Source: Hydrocarboniphaga sp.
GTDB taxonomy: Bacteria > Pseudomonadota > Gammaproteobacteria > Nevskiales > Nevskiaceae
Direction of reading: 5' to 3'
DNA: 64,000 nucleotides
Assembly: GCF_965279055.1 (NCBI RefSeq)
Contig: NZ_OZ257125.1
Span: 4,271,322 to 4,335,321 of the forward strand
This document shows positions 1 through 9,826 of the stretch, in pieces (position 1 is the stretch's first letter; the number at the start of each line of letters is the position of its first letter). The translations under genes were made by a program, and so were the position numbers. The notes under the pieces are model-generated. The model did no database searches and was not told where the DNA came from. It worked only from the letters and a program-made list of their open reading frames with translations.

Positions 1-404
1 TTCTCACGAATCTGCGTGCACTCGCCGTTCAGATCGAACGTCCAGCCGTGGAACGGGCAGACGAAACTGCGGCGCTTGGTGCAGGCGCCCTTGGCGCCGG
101 CCGGCGTGTCGATCAGCTTGCGGCCGCGATGCGTGCAGACGTTGTAGAACGCCTTGAACTGTTCGGCGGCGGTGCGCACGACGATGATCGAATCGTCGAG
201 GATGTCGTAGGTCAGCACGCTGCCGACATTGGGAATGTCCTCGACACGCCCGACCTGCTGCCAGACCTTGCACCAGAGCCTGTCGCGTTCGGCGCGCACG
301 TAGGCTTCGGAGGTATAGGCATCGACGCCGAACGTGACCGCTTCGGACAGCTCCTCGGCGGCCCGGGATGCGGTCCTGTTGTCGGTCTCGGCGGTTTCGC
401 TCAT
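1..404 (-). CDS. Rieske aromatic-ring-hydroxylating oxygenase alpha subunit, N-terminal part (runs off window start)
   Basis: Own translation from ATG at 404 (GGAGG RBS): MSETAETD...AYTSEAYVRAERDRLWCKVWQQVGR...FYNVCTHRG...FVCPFHGWTFDLNG, the Rieske CxH...CxxH motif. Absent from the ORF track because it has no stop in the window. Confidence 0.9.
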   Translation of the reverse strand, partial: MSETAETDNRTASRAAEELSEAVTFGVDAYTSEAYVRAERDRLWCKVWQQVGRVEDIPNVGSVLTYDILDDSIIVVRTAAEQFKAFYNVCTHRGRKLIDTPAGAKGACTKRRSFVCPFHGWTFDLNGECTQIRE

Positions 405-493
405 GGCGCCCTCCAAAGGCGGTGAAACGGGCAGCGATCGGTCACCGCCGTATTTTTTATCGTGCCGATATTGGTCGCTCGGGCCGAAGTAAG

Positions 494-509
494 TCAACAG
501 TAGTGATTA
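494..509. promoter_or_regulatory. Candidate operator, near match to RACA-N4-TGTY
   Basis: tcAACAgtagTGATta, 1 mismatch, intergenic upstream of the Rieske gene. Confidence 0.4.
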
Positions 510-545
510 CTAAGACCGCAGCCGGGAACGGCCGCGAACAACGGC

Positions 546-959
546 CTAAGTCGACGGCGTCAGCACCAGCCGGGGAATCGTGTTGTGCAGACCGACCGGC
601 GAATCGTGCTCGTCGACCAGGCACACCGGGTTGCTGTTGGACGCGAACAGCCGGCGCTCGTCGGCGAGGCGCGCCTGCAGCATTTCCGGATTGGCCAGGC
701 CCTTCATCGCCGCGTCGAAATCGGCGCGGCTGTTCCACCATATTTCCATCACGCAGTCGTAGCCCGGATCGATCACTTCGCCGGTCAGCGGGTTCGGCAC
801 CGGCGTCAGGTAGCGGCGCACATAGCGCTGCGCGTTCGGCAGCGCCGGCTTGGCGCCCAGGCGCCGGCTCAGCTGCGTGTGCTGGGTTTCGTAGTAGTCC
901 ATGAACTGCTCGCGGCTCATGTCGGCGCGCTTTTTCAGAAATACGATCTGCTTGAGCAT
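546..959 (-). CDS. EthD-family dimeric alpha/beta-barrel protein
   Basis: MLKQIVFLKKRADMSREQFMDYYETQH...YDCVMEIWW, EthD-like pattern; AAGGAG RBS before ATG 959. Confidence 0.8.
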   Translation of the reverse strand: MLKQIVFLKKRADMSREQFMDYYETQHTQLSRRLGAKPALPNAQRYVRRYLTPVPNPLTGEVIDPGYDCVMEIWWNSRADFDAAMKGLANPEMLQARLADERRLFASNSNPVCLVDEHDSPVGLHNTIPRLVLTPST

Positions 960-969
960 GGCCCGCTCC

Positions 970-2568
970 TTACGCCGGGCGCAGCGCCAGCACGCTGCCT
1001 TCCGCGTCGGCCGAGAAATACAGCCGGCCATCGGCGCCGGCAGTGATACCGGCGAACGGTCCCATCGGCCCGGACATGGTGCCGATCGCGCCGAGGAACT
1101 TCGGCGTCACGCCCGGCGGCGCACCGACCGGCAATTGCGAGGCGATCACGCGGCTGCGGCCGCTGGCCGGATCGCATTCGAGAACCTGTTTGGCGCCGGC
1201 ATCGACGATGTACAAACGCCCGCCGGACAGCGCCAGCCCCTGTGGCTGCTGCAGGCCGTCGAGTACGGTTTCGGCGCGGCCGCCGACCAGCTTGACCACG
1301 CGGCCGCCGGCGGATTCGGCAACGTAGACCACCGCATCGGCCGACACCGCGACGCCGGACGGCAGCTTCAGGCCGGTCGCGAGCGTCTCGACATTGCCAC
1401 CCTGCAGCGACACCACGCGGCCGCTGCCCTGCTCGACCGCAATCACCGCGCCGCGCGGCGCGATCGCGACGCCATAGAGCTGGTCGAAACCGCCGGCGAT
1501 GATCTCGCTGCGCTGCTGCGCGGGCCAGTAGCGCGCGACGTCGCCGTTGGCGGTGGTGATGACGAATTCGCCGGCCGCGGCCGCGGCGACGCCACGCGAA
1601 TAGCCCGGATAGCCCGGCGTGAACAGCATGCCGACCAGCTCGCGGGGCTGGCCCGGGCGCAGCGTGTACGAGAACGGCCCGTCGGCGACGTACATCAGCC
1701 CGTCGCTATCCATGGCCAGACCCAGCGGCCAGCTGAAGCCGTCGGGCACCAGGTCCCGGGTCTTGCCGTCGCCGAGAATTTCGGTGACGTAGCCGGAAAT
1801 GTTGGAGACGAACATCCGCGTGCCGACGAAGGTGACGTTGTCCAGGCCCGGCGTCAGCTGCGCGAGCACGGTCTTGTCGCCGCTGCGCGGGTCGATGCGC
1901 AGCACCTGGCCGCTGTGCACCTGCGTCGAGACGATGAAACCCCGGGCATCGAACTTGACCGAATCCGGCACGCCCAGGTCTTTGGCCACCACCTCCGGTG
2001 CGCCGCTGCCGTCGAGGCTGATGCGCCAGATTTCGTTGGTGCCCATCACCGGGAAGTAGAGCTTGCCATCGGGCCCGACGTCGAATGCGTTCGGCATCGG
2101 CACGTTGTCGAGCAGCAGCCGCGGCGCTCCGCCGTCCAGATCCAGCTGCATGATGCGGCCGCCGACCCGGCACTCGCCGGCGATCAGCTGGCCGTTGTGA
2201 AACGTGATCGGATTGGCCACCGGCATGTCGCCGTAGACCACGCGCGTATGGCCGTTGGGCTCGCGCACGCTGACGCGGCCCTCGGTGATTTCGGTCGCAT
2301 ACAGATTGCCGGCGGGATCGAACACCAGATCGTCCGGCGCGACGATGTCGCCGCCCTTGGGGCTGATCGCCTCGATCGCGCCGGTGTCGACATCGATCGC
2401 GCTGATCTGGCTGCCGGAAACCTGGGCGACGTAGATGCGGCCATCAGGACCGGTGCGCAGGCCGTTGGCGCCGAACAGCCGGCTCGGCGCGGTCATCCGC
2501 TCCAGCGTCCAGCCGGCGGCGGAGAGATAAGTCGTCGTCGTCGTAAAACGCCCGCTTTGCTGCGCCAT
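970..2568 (-). CDS. SMP-30/gluconolactonase/NHL-like beta-propeller protein, probably two propellers
   Basis: Repeated blades (ANGLRTGPDGRIYV, PDDLVFDPAGNLY, PNAFDVGPDGKLY, PLGLAMDSDGLMYV, PSGVAVSADAVVYV, PQGLALSGGRLY); start set at ATG 2568 with GAGGAG RBS. Confidence 0.75.
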   Translation of the reverse strand: MAQQSGRFTTTTTYLSAAGWTLERMTAPSRLFGANGLRTGPDGRIYVAQVSGSQISAIDVDTGAIEAISPKGGDIVAPDDLVFDPAGNLYATEITEGRVSVREPNGHTRVVYGDMPVANPITFHNGQLIAGECRVGGRIMQLDLDGGAPRLLLDNVPMPNAFDVGPDGKLYFPVMGTNEIWRISLDGSGAPEVVAKDLGVPDSVKFDARGFIVSTQVHSGQVLRIDPRSGDKTVLAQLTPGLDNVTFVGTRMFVSNISGYVTEILGDGKTRDLVPDGFSWPLGLAMDSDGLMYVADGPFSYTLRPGQPRELVGMLFTPGYPGYSRGVAAAAAGEFVITTANGDVARYWPAQQRSEIIAGGFDQLYGVAIAPRGAVIAVEQGSGRVVSLQGGNVETLATGLKLPSGVAVSADAVVYVAESAGGRVVKLVGGRAETVLDGLQQPQGLALSGGRLYIVDAGAKQVLECDPASGRSRVIASQLPVGAPPGVTPKFLGAIGTMSGPMGPFAGITAGADGRLYFSADAEGSVLALRPA

Positions 2569-2669
2569 CTGCCGCTCTCCTCGATCCGCCGTGTGCATCC
2601 TGTCGTGGTCTTGTGGCCGGGCCCGCCGGCTGTCGCCGGCTTGAGCGCATTCCATTTATGCCTCGATCA

Positions 2670-2685
2670 TCAACATGGTTGTCCA
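2670..2685. promoter_or_regulatory. Candidate operator RACA-N4-TGTY
   Basis: tcAACAtggtTGTCca, exact match upstream of the propeller gene; its reverse complement is 14/16 identical to the 35372 site. Confidence 0.6.
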
Positions 2686-2814
2686 CTAGCGTCCGGGTTT
2701 CAACTTCTTTTTGCTGCACCTGCCGGAGTCGGTCGCTTCACCACAGCGGCGGCAGGCTGAACGTGGTCAGCGCCTCGATGCCGAGCCTGTCCGTCGCGGA
2801 CACCGGCGGGCGGC

Positions 2815-3600
2815 TCATTTTTTCATGCTGCCGGCCATCGCCATCAGCGCCTGAGGCCGTGGCATCGCCAGCAATTGTTCGAAGCTCGCCCGGTAGTGCT
2901 CGCTGGGCAGATACACCGGGCCGTTGTCCAGGTTCTGCAGCGCCAGCGCAGCGACTTCGCCGGGCGACATCAGGTTGCGCAAGGTCGCCGGATCGATGCC
3001 CTGCAGCCGCGGCGCCTCGGTGTCGGTGGCGCCGGGGCACAGCGTCAGCACGCTGATGCCTTCGGGCGTCAGCTCGGCCCACAAGCCTTCGCCGAGGCTG
3101 TTGACGAAGGCCTTGGTCGCCGCATACGTGGTCGAGTAGGGACAGCCGATCAGGCCTTCCACCGAGCTGGTGAACAGCAGGCCGCCACGGCCGCGCTGGC
3201 GTAGCCGCGGCACGAAGGCGCGTGCGAGCAGCAGCGGCGTATGGCAGTTGACCATCAGCATCTCGGACAGCTGCGCCGCGTCGCCGCTGTCGAACGCGCC
3301 CTTGAAGCCGAAACCGGCGTTGCTGACCAGCAGGCCGATGTCGAGCGCGGCGCAGGCATCGGCAATGCGGCTCACCGCGTCGGGCGCGGACAGGTCGGCC
3401 TCGCAGACGCTGACTTCGACGCCGTATTCGGACGCCAGGCGCGTCGCCAATTCATCCAGGCGCTGGCGCCGGCGTGCGACCACGACCAGATCCATGCCCT
3501 TTTCCGCCAGCTGCTGCGCGAACGCGGCGCCGATGCCGGAAGAGGCGCCGGTGACCAGCGCCACCGGGCCGTAGCGTCCGACGAAGGCCGCGTCGCTCAT
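2815..3600 (-). CDS. Short-chain dehydrogenase/reductase
   Basis: TGASSGIG, NAG, YAATK; start set at ATG 3600. Confidence 0.9.
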   Translation of the reverse strand: MSDAAFVGRYGPVALVTGASSGIGAAFAQQLAEKGMDLVVVARRRQRLDELATRLASEYGVEVSVCEADLSAPDAVSRIADACAALDIGLLVSNAGFGFKGAFDSGDAAQLSEMLMVNCHTPLLLARAFVPRLRQRGRGGLLFTSSVEGLIGCPYSTTYAATKAFVNSLGEGLWAELTPEGISVLTLCPGATDTEAPRLQGIDPATLRNLMSPGEVAALALQNLDNGPVYLPSEHYRASFEQLLAMPRPQALMAMAGSMKK

Positions 3601-3664
3601 CGAGTTGACTCCATCGCTTAGTGGGCGACATCCGGTTGGAGCCGCCGCAATCCATGAGCTTGGC

Positions 3665-3680
3665 GCAGCACGCGTGTTGC
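3665..3680. promoter_or_regulatory. Candidate operator, near match
   Basis: gcAGCAcgcgTGTTgc in the divergent SDR/thioesterase intergenic region. Confidence 0.3.
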
Positions 3681-3819
3681 GCCAAGCACGGATGACGTCG
3701 ACAGCCGGCCACAATGACGATACGCGGTCTCGCATCGCACCACGGCGCGATGCCGGCACACGATGGTGCTAGGCTGCCGTCGGCCAGCCGCGCGCCCTCA
3801 ACAGGAACCCGCCACACCC

Positions 3820-4248
3820 ATGAGAATCGACCGCAGGCGGCTGCAGCGCCCGGGCTTTGTGTTTGCCTGCGAGATCCAGACGCGCTTTGCCGACGTGGAC
3901 AAGATCGGCCACGTCAACAACGTCGCGATCGCGTCGATTTTCCAGGAAGGCCGCAATCGCTTCATCCACGCCAGCGGCATCTACCCTCTGGCGCAATGCG
4001 ATCTGGTGGTGGCCAGCGCCAGCTTCGAGTACGCCGGCGACCTGTTCCATCCCGAGCCGATCGAGATTGCGGTCGGCGTCATCGAGATCGGACGCAGCTC
4101 GTTGCGCATCGGCCAGATCGCCTGCCAGCACGGCCGCATCGGCGCCTACGCCGAGGTGGTGCAGGTGGCGCGCGACGCCAACGGCGCCATCGCGTTGCCG
4201 CAGGCCTGGCGCGCACCGCTCGAGGCGCAGAAGATCATCGTGGCCTGA
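3820..4248 (+). CDS. Acyl-CoA thioesterase (4HBT/hot-dog fold)
   Basis: TRFADVDKIGHVNNVAIASIFQEGR motif; start ATG 3820. Confidence 0.85.
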   Translation: MRIDRRRLQRPGFVFACEIQTRFADVDKIGHVNNVAIASIFQEGRNRFIHASGIYPLAQCDLVVASASFEYAGDLFHPEPIEIAVGVIEIGRSSLRIGQIACQHGRIGAYAEVVQVARDANGAIALPQAWRAPLEAQKIIVA

Positions 4249-4266
4249 GACGCGGAGCGAACCGGC

Positions 4267-5154
4267 GTGAGCGAGGAAACCGGCAACCGCATCATCGATC
4301 TGATCAATTTCTTCGCCGCGCATCCGACCGAGGCGTTCACCTTGTCGGACGTGGTCGAACATCTGCCGATCAGCCTCGGCTCCGCGCACCGCGCGCTGAA
4401 GGCGCTGACCGACGCGCGCTACCTGTCGCGACATCCCAGGCACAAGACCTATTCGCTGGGGCTGACCCTGGTCGCGATCGGCCAGGCCGCGCTGGAACGG
4501 CACCCGGCGGTCAGCCTGGCCCGCGAGGAAATGTCGCGGCTGACCGCGGAGCTCGGCCTGCAATGCGTGGCCACCACGCGCGTCGACGACGAGCTGGTGT
4601 CGCTGGTCAAAACCGGCGTACCGCCGGGCGATCACGGCATTCGCCGCGCCGGCGAGCGCCGGCCTTTCATCCCGCCTCTGGGCCTGGGCCATGTCGCCTG
4701 GGCCGGTGCAGAGACAACCGCTGCGTATCTCGCCCGCGGCGCCGCGCGGCCCGATCATCCGACGCACGGCTTCCTGCTCAAATCACTGGAGGTGATACGC
4801 CAGCGCGGCTATGCGATGGCCGCCAACGGCCCGGCCGTGCGCTCGGTGTGGCAGGCGATCTGGGATCAGGCGGCCCGTCTGCGCGACGAGCGCTACTGGG
4901 AACAGATGCGTCGCCTGCTCGCAGGCCTGTCCCGCGACGAGCTGCAGCTGCTGACGCTGGACCAGCCCGGCGCGATCCGGCTGGCCTATATCTCGGCGCC
5001 GGTGTTTTCGCCTGGCGGCGAGGTGCTGCTGTCGATTTCGATGTCGGGCTTCGCCGAGGAGCTCGATGCGGATACGGTGTCGCGGCATGTCGAGCGTCTT
5101 TGCGCGGCAGCAGCGACGGTCACGCAGCAAATTCACGGACAGCTGCCACGCTAA
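4267..5154 (+). CDS. IclR-family transcriptional regulator
   Basis: N-terminal HTH (FTLSDVVEHLPISLGSAHRALKAL...YSLG), C-terminal IRQRGYA and ISAPVF effector domain. Confidence 0.85.
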   Translation: MSEETGNRIIDLINFFAAHPTEAFTLSDVVEHLPISLGSAHRALKALTDARYLSRHPRHKTYSLGLTLVAIGQAALERHPAVSLAREEMSRLTAELGLQCVATTRVDDELVSLVKTGVPPGDHGIRRAGERRPFIPPLGLGHVAWAGAETTAAYLARGAARPDHPTHGFLLKSLEVIRQRGYAMAANGPAVRSVWQAIWDQAARLRDERYWEQMRRLLAGLSRDELQLLTLDQPGAIRLAYISAPVFSPGGEVLLSISMSGFAEELDADTVSRHVERLCAAAATVTQQIHGQLPR

Positions 5155-5284
5155 CCGCGCTGTCATGGCCGCGAACGCGGCAATGACCCGTGTGGCACTG
5201 TGAATAACTTTTCCAGATATGACGTTGTGCTTTGCACCCCGCCGCCTGTAGTTTTCGCGACGAACCACGGCGACAGGAAATCCG

Positions 5285-6409
5285 ATGAAGGTGCAGCCCG
5301 CCGCGTTTTTTCGCACGACCCTGCCGCTGGATCTGTCGCGGCTGGCGGACCTGGACAGCGGCCGCTACCACTCGATCTGGCTGCCGGACCACATGGTCAG
5401 CTTCTGGCCGGACGCGATCTGGACGCCGGAGTTCACCGATCTGGCAAGCGCCTCGCCGTCACCGCACCGCCATCTCGACGGCATGGCGGTGGCTGCCGCC
5501 GCCGCGGTGCTGACGCAGCGCGTGCCGATCGCCACCAGTGTTGTCGATACCGTGCGCCGCCATCCTTCGCTGCTGGCGCAGAGCGCGCTGACCATCAGCC
5601 ATTTGTCCCAGGGCCGCTTCGTGCTCGGCCTGGGCAGCGGCGAAACCGAGAACACCGTGCCGTACGGCTTCGACTTCGCCAAGTCGGTGAGCCGCTTCGA
5701 GGAATCGCTGAAAGTCATCAGGCTGCTATGGGAAAGCGATGGCCCGGTCGACTTCGAAGGCCAGTTCTACCAGCTGCATCACGCGCGCCTCGACACCGAA
5801 CCCTATCAAGGCAAAAACCCGCCGATCTGGATCGGCGCCAGCGGCCCGCGCATGCTCGATATCACCGGACGCTACGCCGACGGCTGGTGGCCGGCGGGCG
5901 CCTGGTCGCCGCAGGATTACGCGGACAAGCTCGCGGTGGTGCGCGGTGCCGCCGACAAGGCCGGCCGCGATCCGATGGCGATCGTGCCGGCCTTCATCCA
6001 GATCTGCCTGATCGGCGACGACGCGGAACTGGCGACGATCCTGCAGCAGCCACTGGTGCAGTCGCTGGTGATGCAGATACCGGCGGATCTGCTCAAGGCG
6101 CGCGGCTACCGGCATCCGCTCGGCGAGAGCTGGCGCGGCTACCAGGACATCGACCCCGGCGTGCTGACGCGCGAGCGGATCCTCGACATGCTCGCGAAGT
6201 TCGAAGCCGAGGCGCTGCTGGCCGTGATCCCGCACGGCTCGCCACAAAAGATCGCGCAGATCGTCAAAAGCTACTGCGACGCCGGCCTGCGAGTGCCGAA
6301 GATTCTCGACTACGGCGGCATGGCCGGCCTGAAATACGCCGCCTCATCGGCGCAGAAAGTACGTGAAGCCGAAGACGAACTCTTGATGCTCGCCGGAGAC
6401 CTGAAGTGA
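5285..6409 (+). CDS. Luciferase-like (LLM) flavin/deazaflavin oxidoreductase, Rv2951c-like
   Basis: WLPDH, VDTVRRHP, LGLGSGE...PYG, GPRMLDITGRYADGW, AGRDPMAI, HPLGESWRGYQDIDP. Confidence 0.8.
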   Translation: MKVQPAAFFRTTLPLDLSRLADLDSGRYHSIWLPDHMVSFWPDAIWTPEFTDLASASPSPHRHLDGMAVAAAAAVLTQRVPIATSVVDTVRRHPSLLAQSALTISHLSQGRFVLGLGSGETENTVPYGFDFAKSVSRFEESLKVIRLLWESDGPVDFEGQFYQLHHARLDTEPYQGKNPPIWIGASGPRMLDITGRYADGWWPAGAWSPQDYADKLAVVRGAADKAGRDPMAIVPAFIQICLIGDDAELATILQQPLVQSLVMQIPADLLKARGYRHPLGESWRGYQDIDPGVLTRERILDMLAKFEAEALLAVIPHGSPQKIAQIVKSYCDAGLRVPKILDYGGMAGLKYAASSAQKVREAEDELLMLAGDLK

Positions 6410-7575
6410 GCGCCCCCAAGCTCGAAGCCGACGCGCTGCTCGCCGCTGCGCAGAATGAAACCGGCCTGGCCGACTACGGCGACGACGCCAGCTTCAGGAC
6501 GCGCTTCGGTCTCGCCGTCGATCACATCAACAGCATCGGCATGGACGAAGCCGGCCAGCGGGCCGCCGCTGCCGCCTGCCACTGGCTGCTGGTTTCACGG
6601 CTGCAACTGGTCGGAGACCGCGAGCGCTATCCGATCGCCGACGAGCAGATCGTCAGGCCGCTGTTCGCGACCGGCCAGCCGCGCTCCGGCACGACCTTGT
6701 TGCACGCGCTGATGTCGGTCGATCCGAACGCACGCTCGCTGCGCTTCTGGGAGACGATGTATCCGTCGCCGCCACCGGGACTCAGCGATGGCGGCGACGA
6801 TCAGCGCCGCGGACGCGCCGACGCCGACTGGCGCGAGATCAACGCCAAGATTCCGAAGTGGCTGCTCAGCCATCCGTACAACGACATGCTCGGCGACGGC
6901 CTGCCCGAGGACGAGCGCACCTGGGCGCTGGACTTCCGGGTGATGACGCCGACCGCCTGGTGGCGCGTGCCGATGGGCATGAAGATCGGCGGCCTGCCGC
7001 TGGATCCGCGCGCGCAGTACGCGATCCACAAGATGATGCTGCAGCAGTTCCAGTACGCGCGGCCCGGGAAATACTGGGTGCTGAAAGGCTTTCACGGCGC
7101 GCGGCTGGAGGCGCTGTTCGAGACCTATCCGGACGCGAGCCTGATCTGGACGCACCGCGATCCGGTACAGGTGATCGCCTCGCGCATCATGATGGCCGCC
7201 GAGCTGGTCGAGGGCATGATCGGCCATGTCGATCTGCAGCAGCAGGCCGCGATCCAGCTCGCCGATGCGCGCGCCAGCATGGCCGCGATGATGCAGGCGC
7301 CGATGCTGGGCGATCCGCGCATCCAGCACGTGCGCTACACCGATTTCACCGCCGACCCGGTCGGCACGATACGGCGCTTCTACGAGCATAGCGGCGTGGC
7401 CTGGACCGCCGAAGCCGAAGCGGCGATGCGCCATTATCTGGCGAACAATCGCGGCGACCGCTATGGCAAGTTCACCTATTCTCCGGACGTGATCGGCGTG
7501 GATATCGAGCAGCTGCACCGCGAATTCGCGCCGTTTCGCAAGCGTTTCGGCATCGAGATCGAGCAGCGGAAGTAG
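6406..7575 (+). CDS. PAPS-dependent sulfotransferase (mycobacterial Stf-like)
   Basis: 5'-PSB loop GQPRSGTTLLH and 3'-PB HRDP..VIAS; GTGA overlap with the upstream LLM gene. Confidence 0.85.
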   Translation: MSAPKLEADALLAAAQNETGLADYGDDASFRTRFGLAVDHINSIGMDEAGQRAAAAACHWLLVSRLQLVGDRERYPIADEQIVRPLFATGQPRSGTTLLHALMSVDPNARSLRFWETMYPSPPPGLSDGGDDQRRGRADADWREINAKIPKWLLSHPYNDMLGDGLPEDERTWALDFRVMTPTAWWRVPMGMKIGGLPLDPRAQYAIHKMMLQQFQYARPGKYWVLKGFHGARLEALFETYPDASLIWTHRDPVQVIASRIMMAAELVEGMIGHVDLQQQAAIQLADARASMAAMMQAPMLGDPRIQHVRYTDFTADPVGTIRRFYEHSGVAWTAEAEAAMRHYLANNRGDRYGKFTYSPDVIGVDIEQLHREFAPFRKRFGIEIEQRK

Positions 7576-7603
7576 TGCGGTGAACTACAGCGCCAACTAC
7601 CCT

Positions 7604-7703
7604 CCGTTCGTCCCGAGTAGCCGCTTGCGGCGTATCAAGGGATCGGACCGCGGTCGGATCCCTCGCTACGCCCGCGACAGCGCGGGCTACTCGGGACGAA
7701 CGG
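7604..7703. repeat. REP doublet, family A (GTAG type)
   Basis: Perfect 19-bp IR CCGTTCGTCCCGAGTAGCC...GGCTACTCGGGACGAACGG enclosing variants of CGTATCGAGGGA/TCCCTCGATACG. Confidence 0.85.
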
Positions 7704-7737
7704 GGTTTTGTTGCGTGATCGCCGACAGGAGCAGCTG

Positions 7738-8553
7738 ATGCACCCGAGAATCTCCGCCGGCCAGACCTCCTTCCCCGACGCCAGCCTCGCGCAGCTCGCC
7801 GCGTACTGGCGCGAGCTGCAGCCGCAGCGCATCAGCTTCGTCAGCCCGACGCTGCTGGCCGAGCCGCTGACAGCAGTGCAGCAAGTTCTGCAAGACGGCG
7901 CCTATAAAGTCGAGACCATCACCCACGTGTTCATGCCGGGCCAGCAACTGTCGCCGGACGAGGCGAGCTGGCAGCAACCGCGCGCCCGCTTGTCGCAGCT
8001 GATCGGGATAGCGAAAACCATCAACGCGCGCTCGATCTACCTGCTGACCGGCGGCCATGGCGCGCTGAGCTGGGAACAGGCCGCGGAAGCTTTCTGCAGC
8101 GCGGTCGCGCCCTGCGCCGCGCAGGCCAAGGCCGCCGGCGTTTCGCTGCTGATCGAACCGGCCTCGGTGCTGCATGCGGATCTGCATATCGCGCATTCCC
8201 TGCGCGACACGCTGGCGCTGGCCGAGATGGCAGGCCTGGGCGTCTGCATCGATTTCTTCGCCTGCTGGACCGAGGCCGGCCTGCGCGACACCATCGATCG
8301 CGCGGTGCCGCGCTGCGACATCGTCCAGGTCAGCGATTATGTCTACGGCGATCGTTCGCTGCCGTCGCGCGCGGTGCCCGGCGACGGCGTGATTCCATTG
8401 CAACGTCTGCTGGAATGGGTGCTGATTGCCGGCTACAAAGGCGCGTTCGACCTGGAGCTGATCGGGCCGCGCATCGACCGGGAAGGGCGGGTGCCGGCGG
8501 TGGCGCGCGGCGCCGGGAAACTCGGCGAATTGCTGCAGGTGTTGGGTGCGTAG
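7738..8553 (+). CDS. Sugar-phosphate isomerase/epimerase family (xylose-isomerase-like TIM barrel)
   Basis: LLIEP, CIDFF, VQVSD, PGDG.IPL, FDLE metal-binding pattern; ATG 7738 with AGGAG RBS. Confidence 0.75.
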   Translation: MHPRISAGQTSFPDASLAQLAAYWRELQPQRISFVSPTLLAEPLTAVQQVLQDGAYKVETITHVFMPGQQLSPDEASWQQPRARLSQLIGIAKTINARSIYLLTGGHGALSWEQAAEAFCSAVAPCAAQAKAAGVSLLIEPASVLHADLHIAHSLRDTLALAEMAGLGVCIDFFACWTEAGLRDTIDRAVPRCDIVQVSDYVYGDRSLPSRAVPGDGVIPLQRLLEWVLIAGYKGAFDLELIGPRIDREGRVPAVARGAGKLGELLQVLGA

Positions 8554-8585
8554 CGCCTTGTTGCCATTCTCCCAGGGAGCATTCG

Positions 8586-9821
8586 ATGAGCTTTGGTGCC
8601 GGTCAAGACGATGACGCCCTGCGCAGCGCCTGGCAGCGTTTCTGCTCACAGCTGCAGCAGGCCGGCGAGCGCGCGTTCAAGGATCACAATCCGGCGACAC
8701 CGCTGCATCGCGCCGACGCCTTCCGCTTTCTGACGCAGAATCTCGGCCAGGCTTTCGACCTCGCGCTGGAGACCAGGGACACGCAGTTCCCGGCGCTGCA
8801 TGCGTTCTGCGGGCCCGGCCGCAAACTCGGCGGCGATGCGGCGGACCTGGTCTACCAGCAGGCCTGGATAGACGGCACATCGGTGTACCGAATCAGCGGC
8901 CACAAGGGCACGGCGCGCTTCCTCAATTTCACCGTGCAGGGCCCGCGGCCCGAGCACCAGCCGGGCACGGACGTGCCGAGCCTGCACCAGCCTTTCGGCG
9001 ATATTCCCGAAGCCAATCTGTTCGGCCACCAGCTGCAGACCGACACCGGCGGCAACTTCGAGCTTTACATCGGTGGCGCGCAGCAGGGCGCGAACTGGCT
9101 GCCGACGACGCCGGGCTCGCGCAAGCTGTTTCTGCGCCAGGGCTTCGATCGCTGGGACGAGCAGCCGGCGCGGCTGCGCATCGAGCGCGTCGGCATGAGC
9201 GAGCCGCGGCCGCTGCCGACGCCGCAGACGATGATCGCGGCGATGGACTGGGCCGGCGACTTCGTCACCGGGCTGATGCGCGACTGGCCGGATCATCCCT
9301 ACCAGTACGGCGCGCCGGTGGTCGATGCAATCAACCTCAACCGGTTTCCGGGTTCCGCCGGTGGCGATGCGGCCGACGCCAGGCGCGGCCGCGCGATCGC
9401 GCATCTGTGCTGGCAGCTCGCGACCGACGAGGCGCTGATCATCGAGTTCGATGCGCACGACGGCTTCTGGATGCTGAGCAACGCCGGCGTGTTCTTCAAC
9501 AGCATGGACTACCTGTATCGCCCGGTCAGCTATACCCCGAGCCGCACGACGGTCGACGGCGACGGCAAGATCCGGCTGATCCTCAGCCACGACGACTGCG
9601 GCTATCACAACTGGCTGGACACGCAGGGCTTCGTGCGCGGCAACATCACCTATCGCGCGCTGCTCAGCAACGCGGCGACGCAGTTCGGCACGCGCTTGGT
9701 CAAGCGCAGCGAACTTTCGGCGGCGCTGCCGGCCGACAGCGCCAAAGTCACGCCAGCGCAACGTATCGGGCAGCTGCACGCGCGCTTCGACGCCATCCGT
9801 CAGCGCTACGCGATGCTGTAG
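8586..9821 (+). CDS. DUF1214-type conserved protein (sulfotransferase-associated)
   Basis: AWQRFCSQL..AG, YQQAWIDG..VYRISG, C-terminal WQLATDEALIIEF...DGKIRLILSHDDCGYHNWLDT; family recognised from memory. Confidence 0.65.
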   Translation: MSFGAGQDDDALRSAWQRFCSQLQQAGERAFKDHNPATPLHRADAFRFLTQNLGQAFDLALETRDTQFPALHAFCGPGRKLGGDAADLVYQQAWIDGTSVYRISGHKGTARFLNFTVQGPRPEHQPGTDVPSLHQPFGDIPEANLFGHQLQTDTGGNFELYIGGAQQGANWLPTTPGSRKLFLRQGFDRWDEQPARLRIERVGMSEPRPLPTPQTMIAAMDWAGDFVTGLMRDWPDHPYQYGAPVVDAINLNRFPGSAGGDAADARRGRAIAHLCWQLATDEALIIEFDAHDGFWMLSNAGVFFNSMDYLYRPVSYTPSRTTVDGDGKIRLILSHDDCGYHNWLDTQGFVRGNITYRALLSNAATQFGTRLVKRSELSAALPADSAKVTPAQRIGQLHARFDAIRQRYAML

Positions 9822-9826
9822 CGCTT

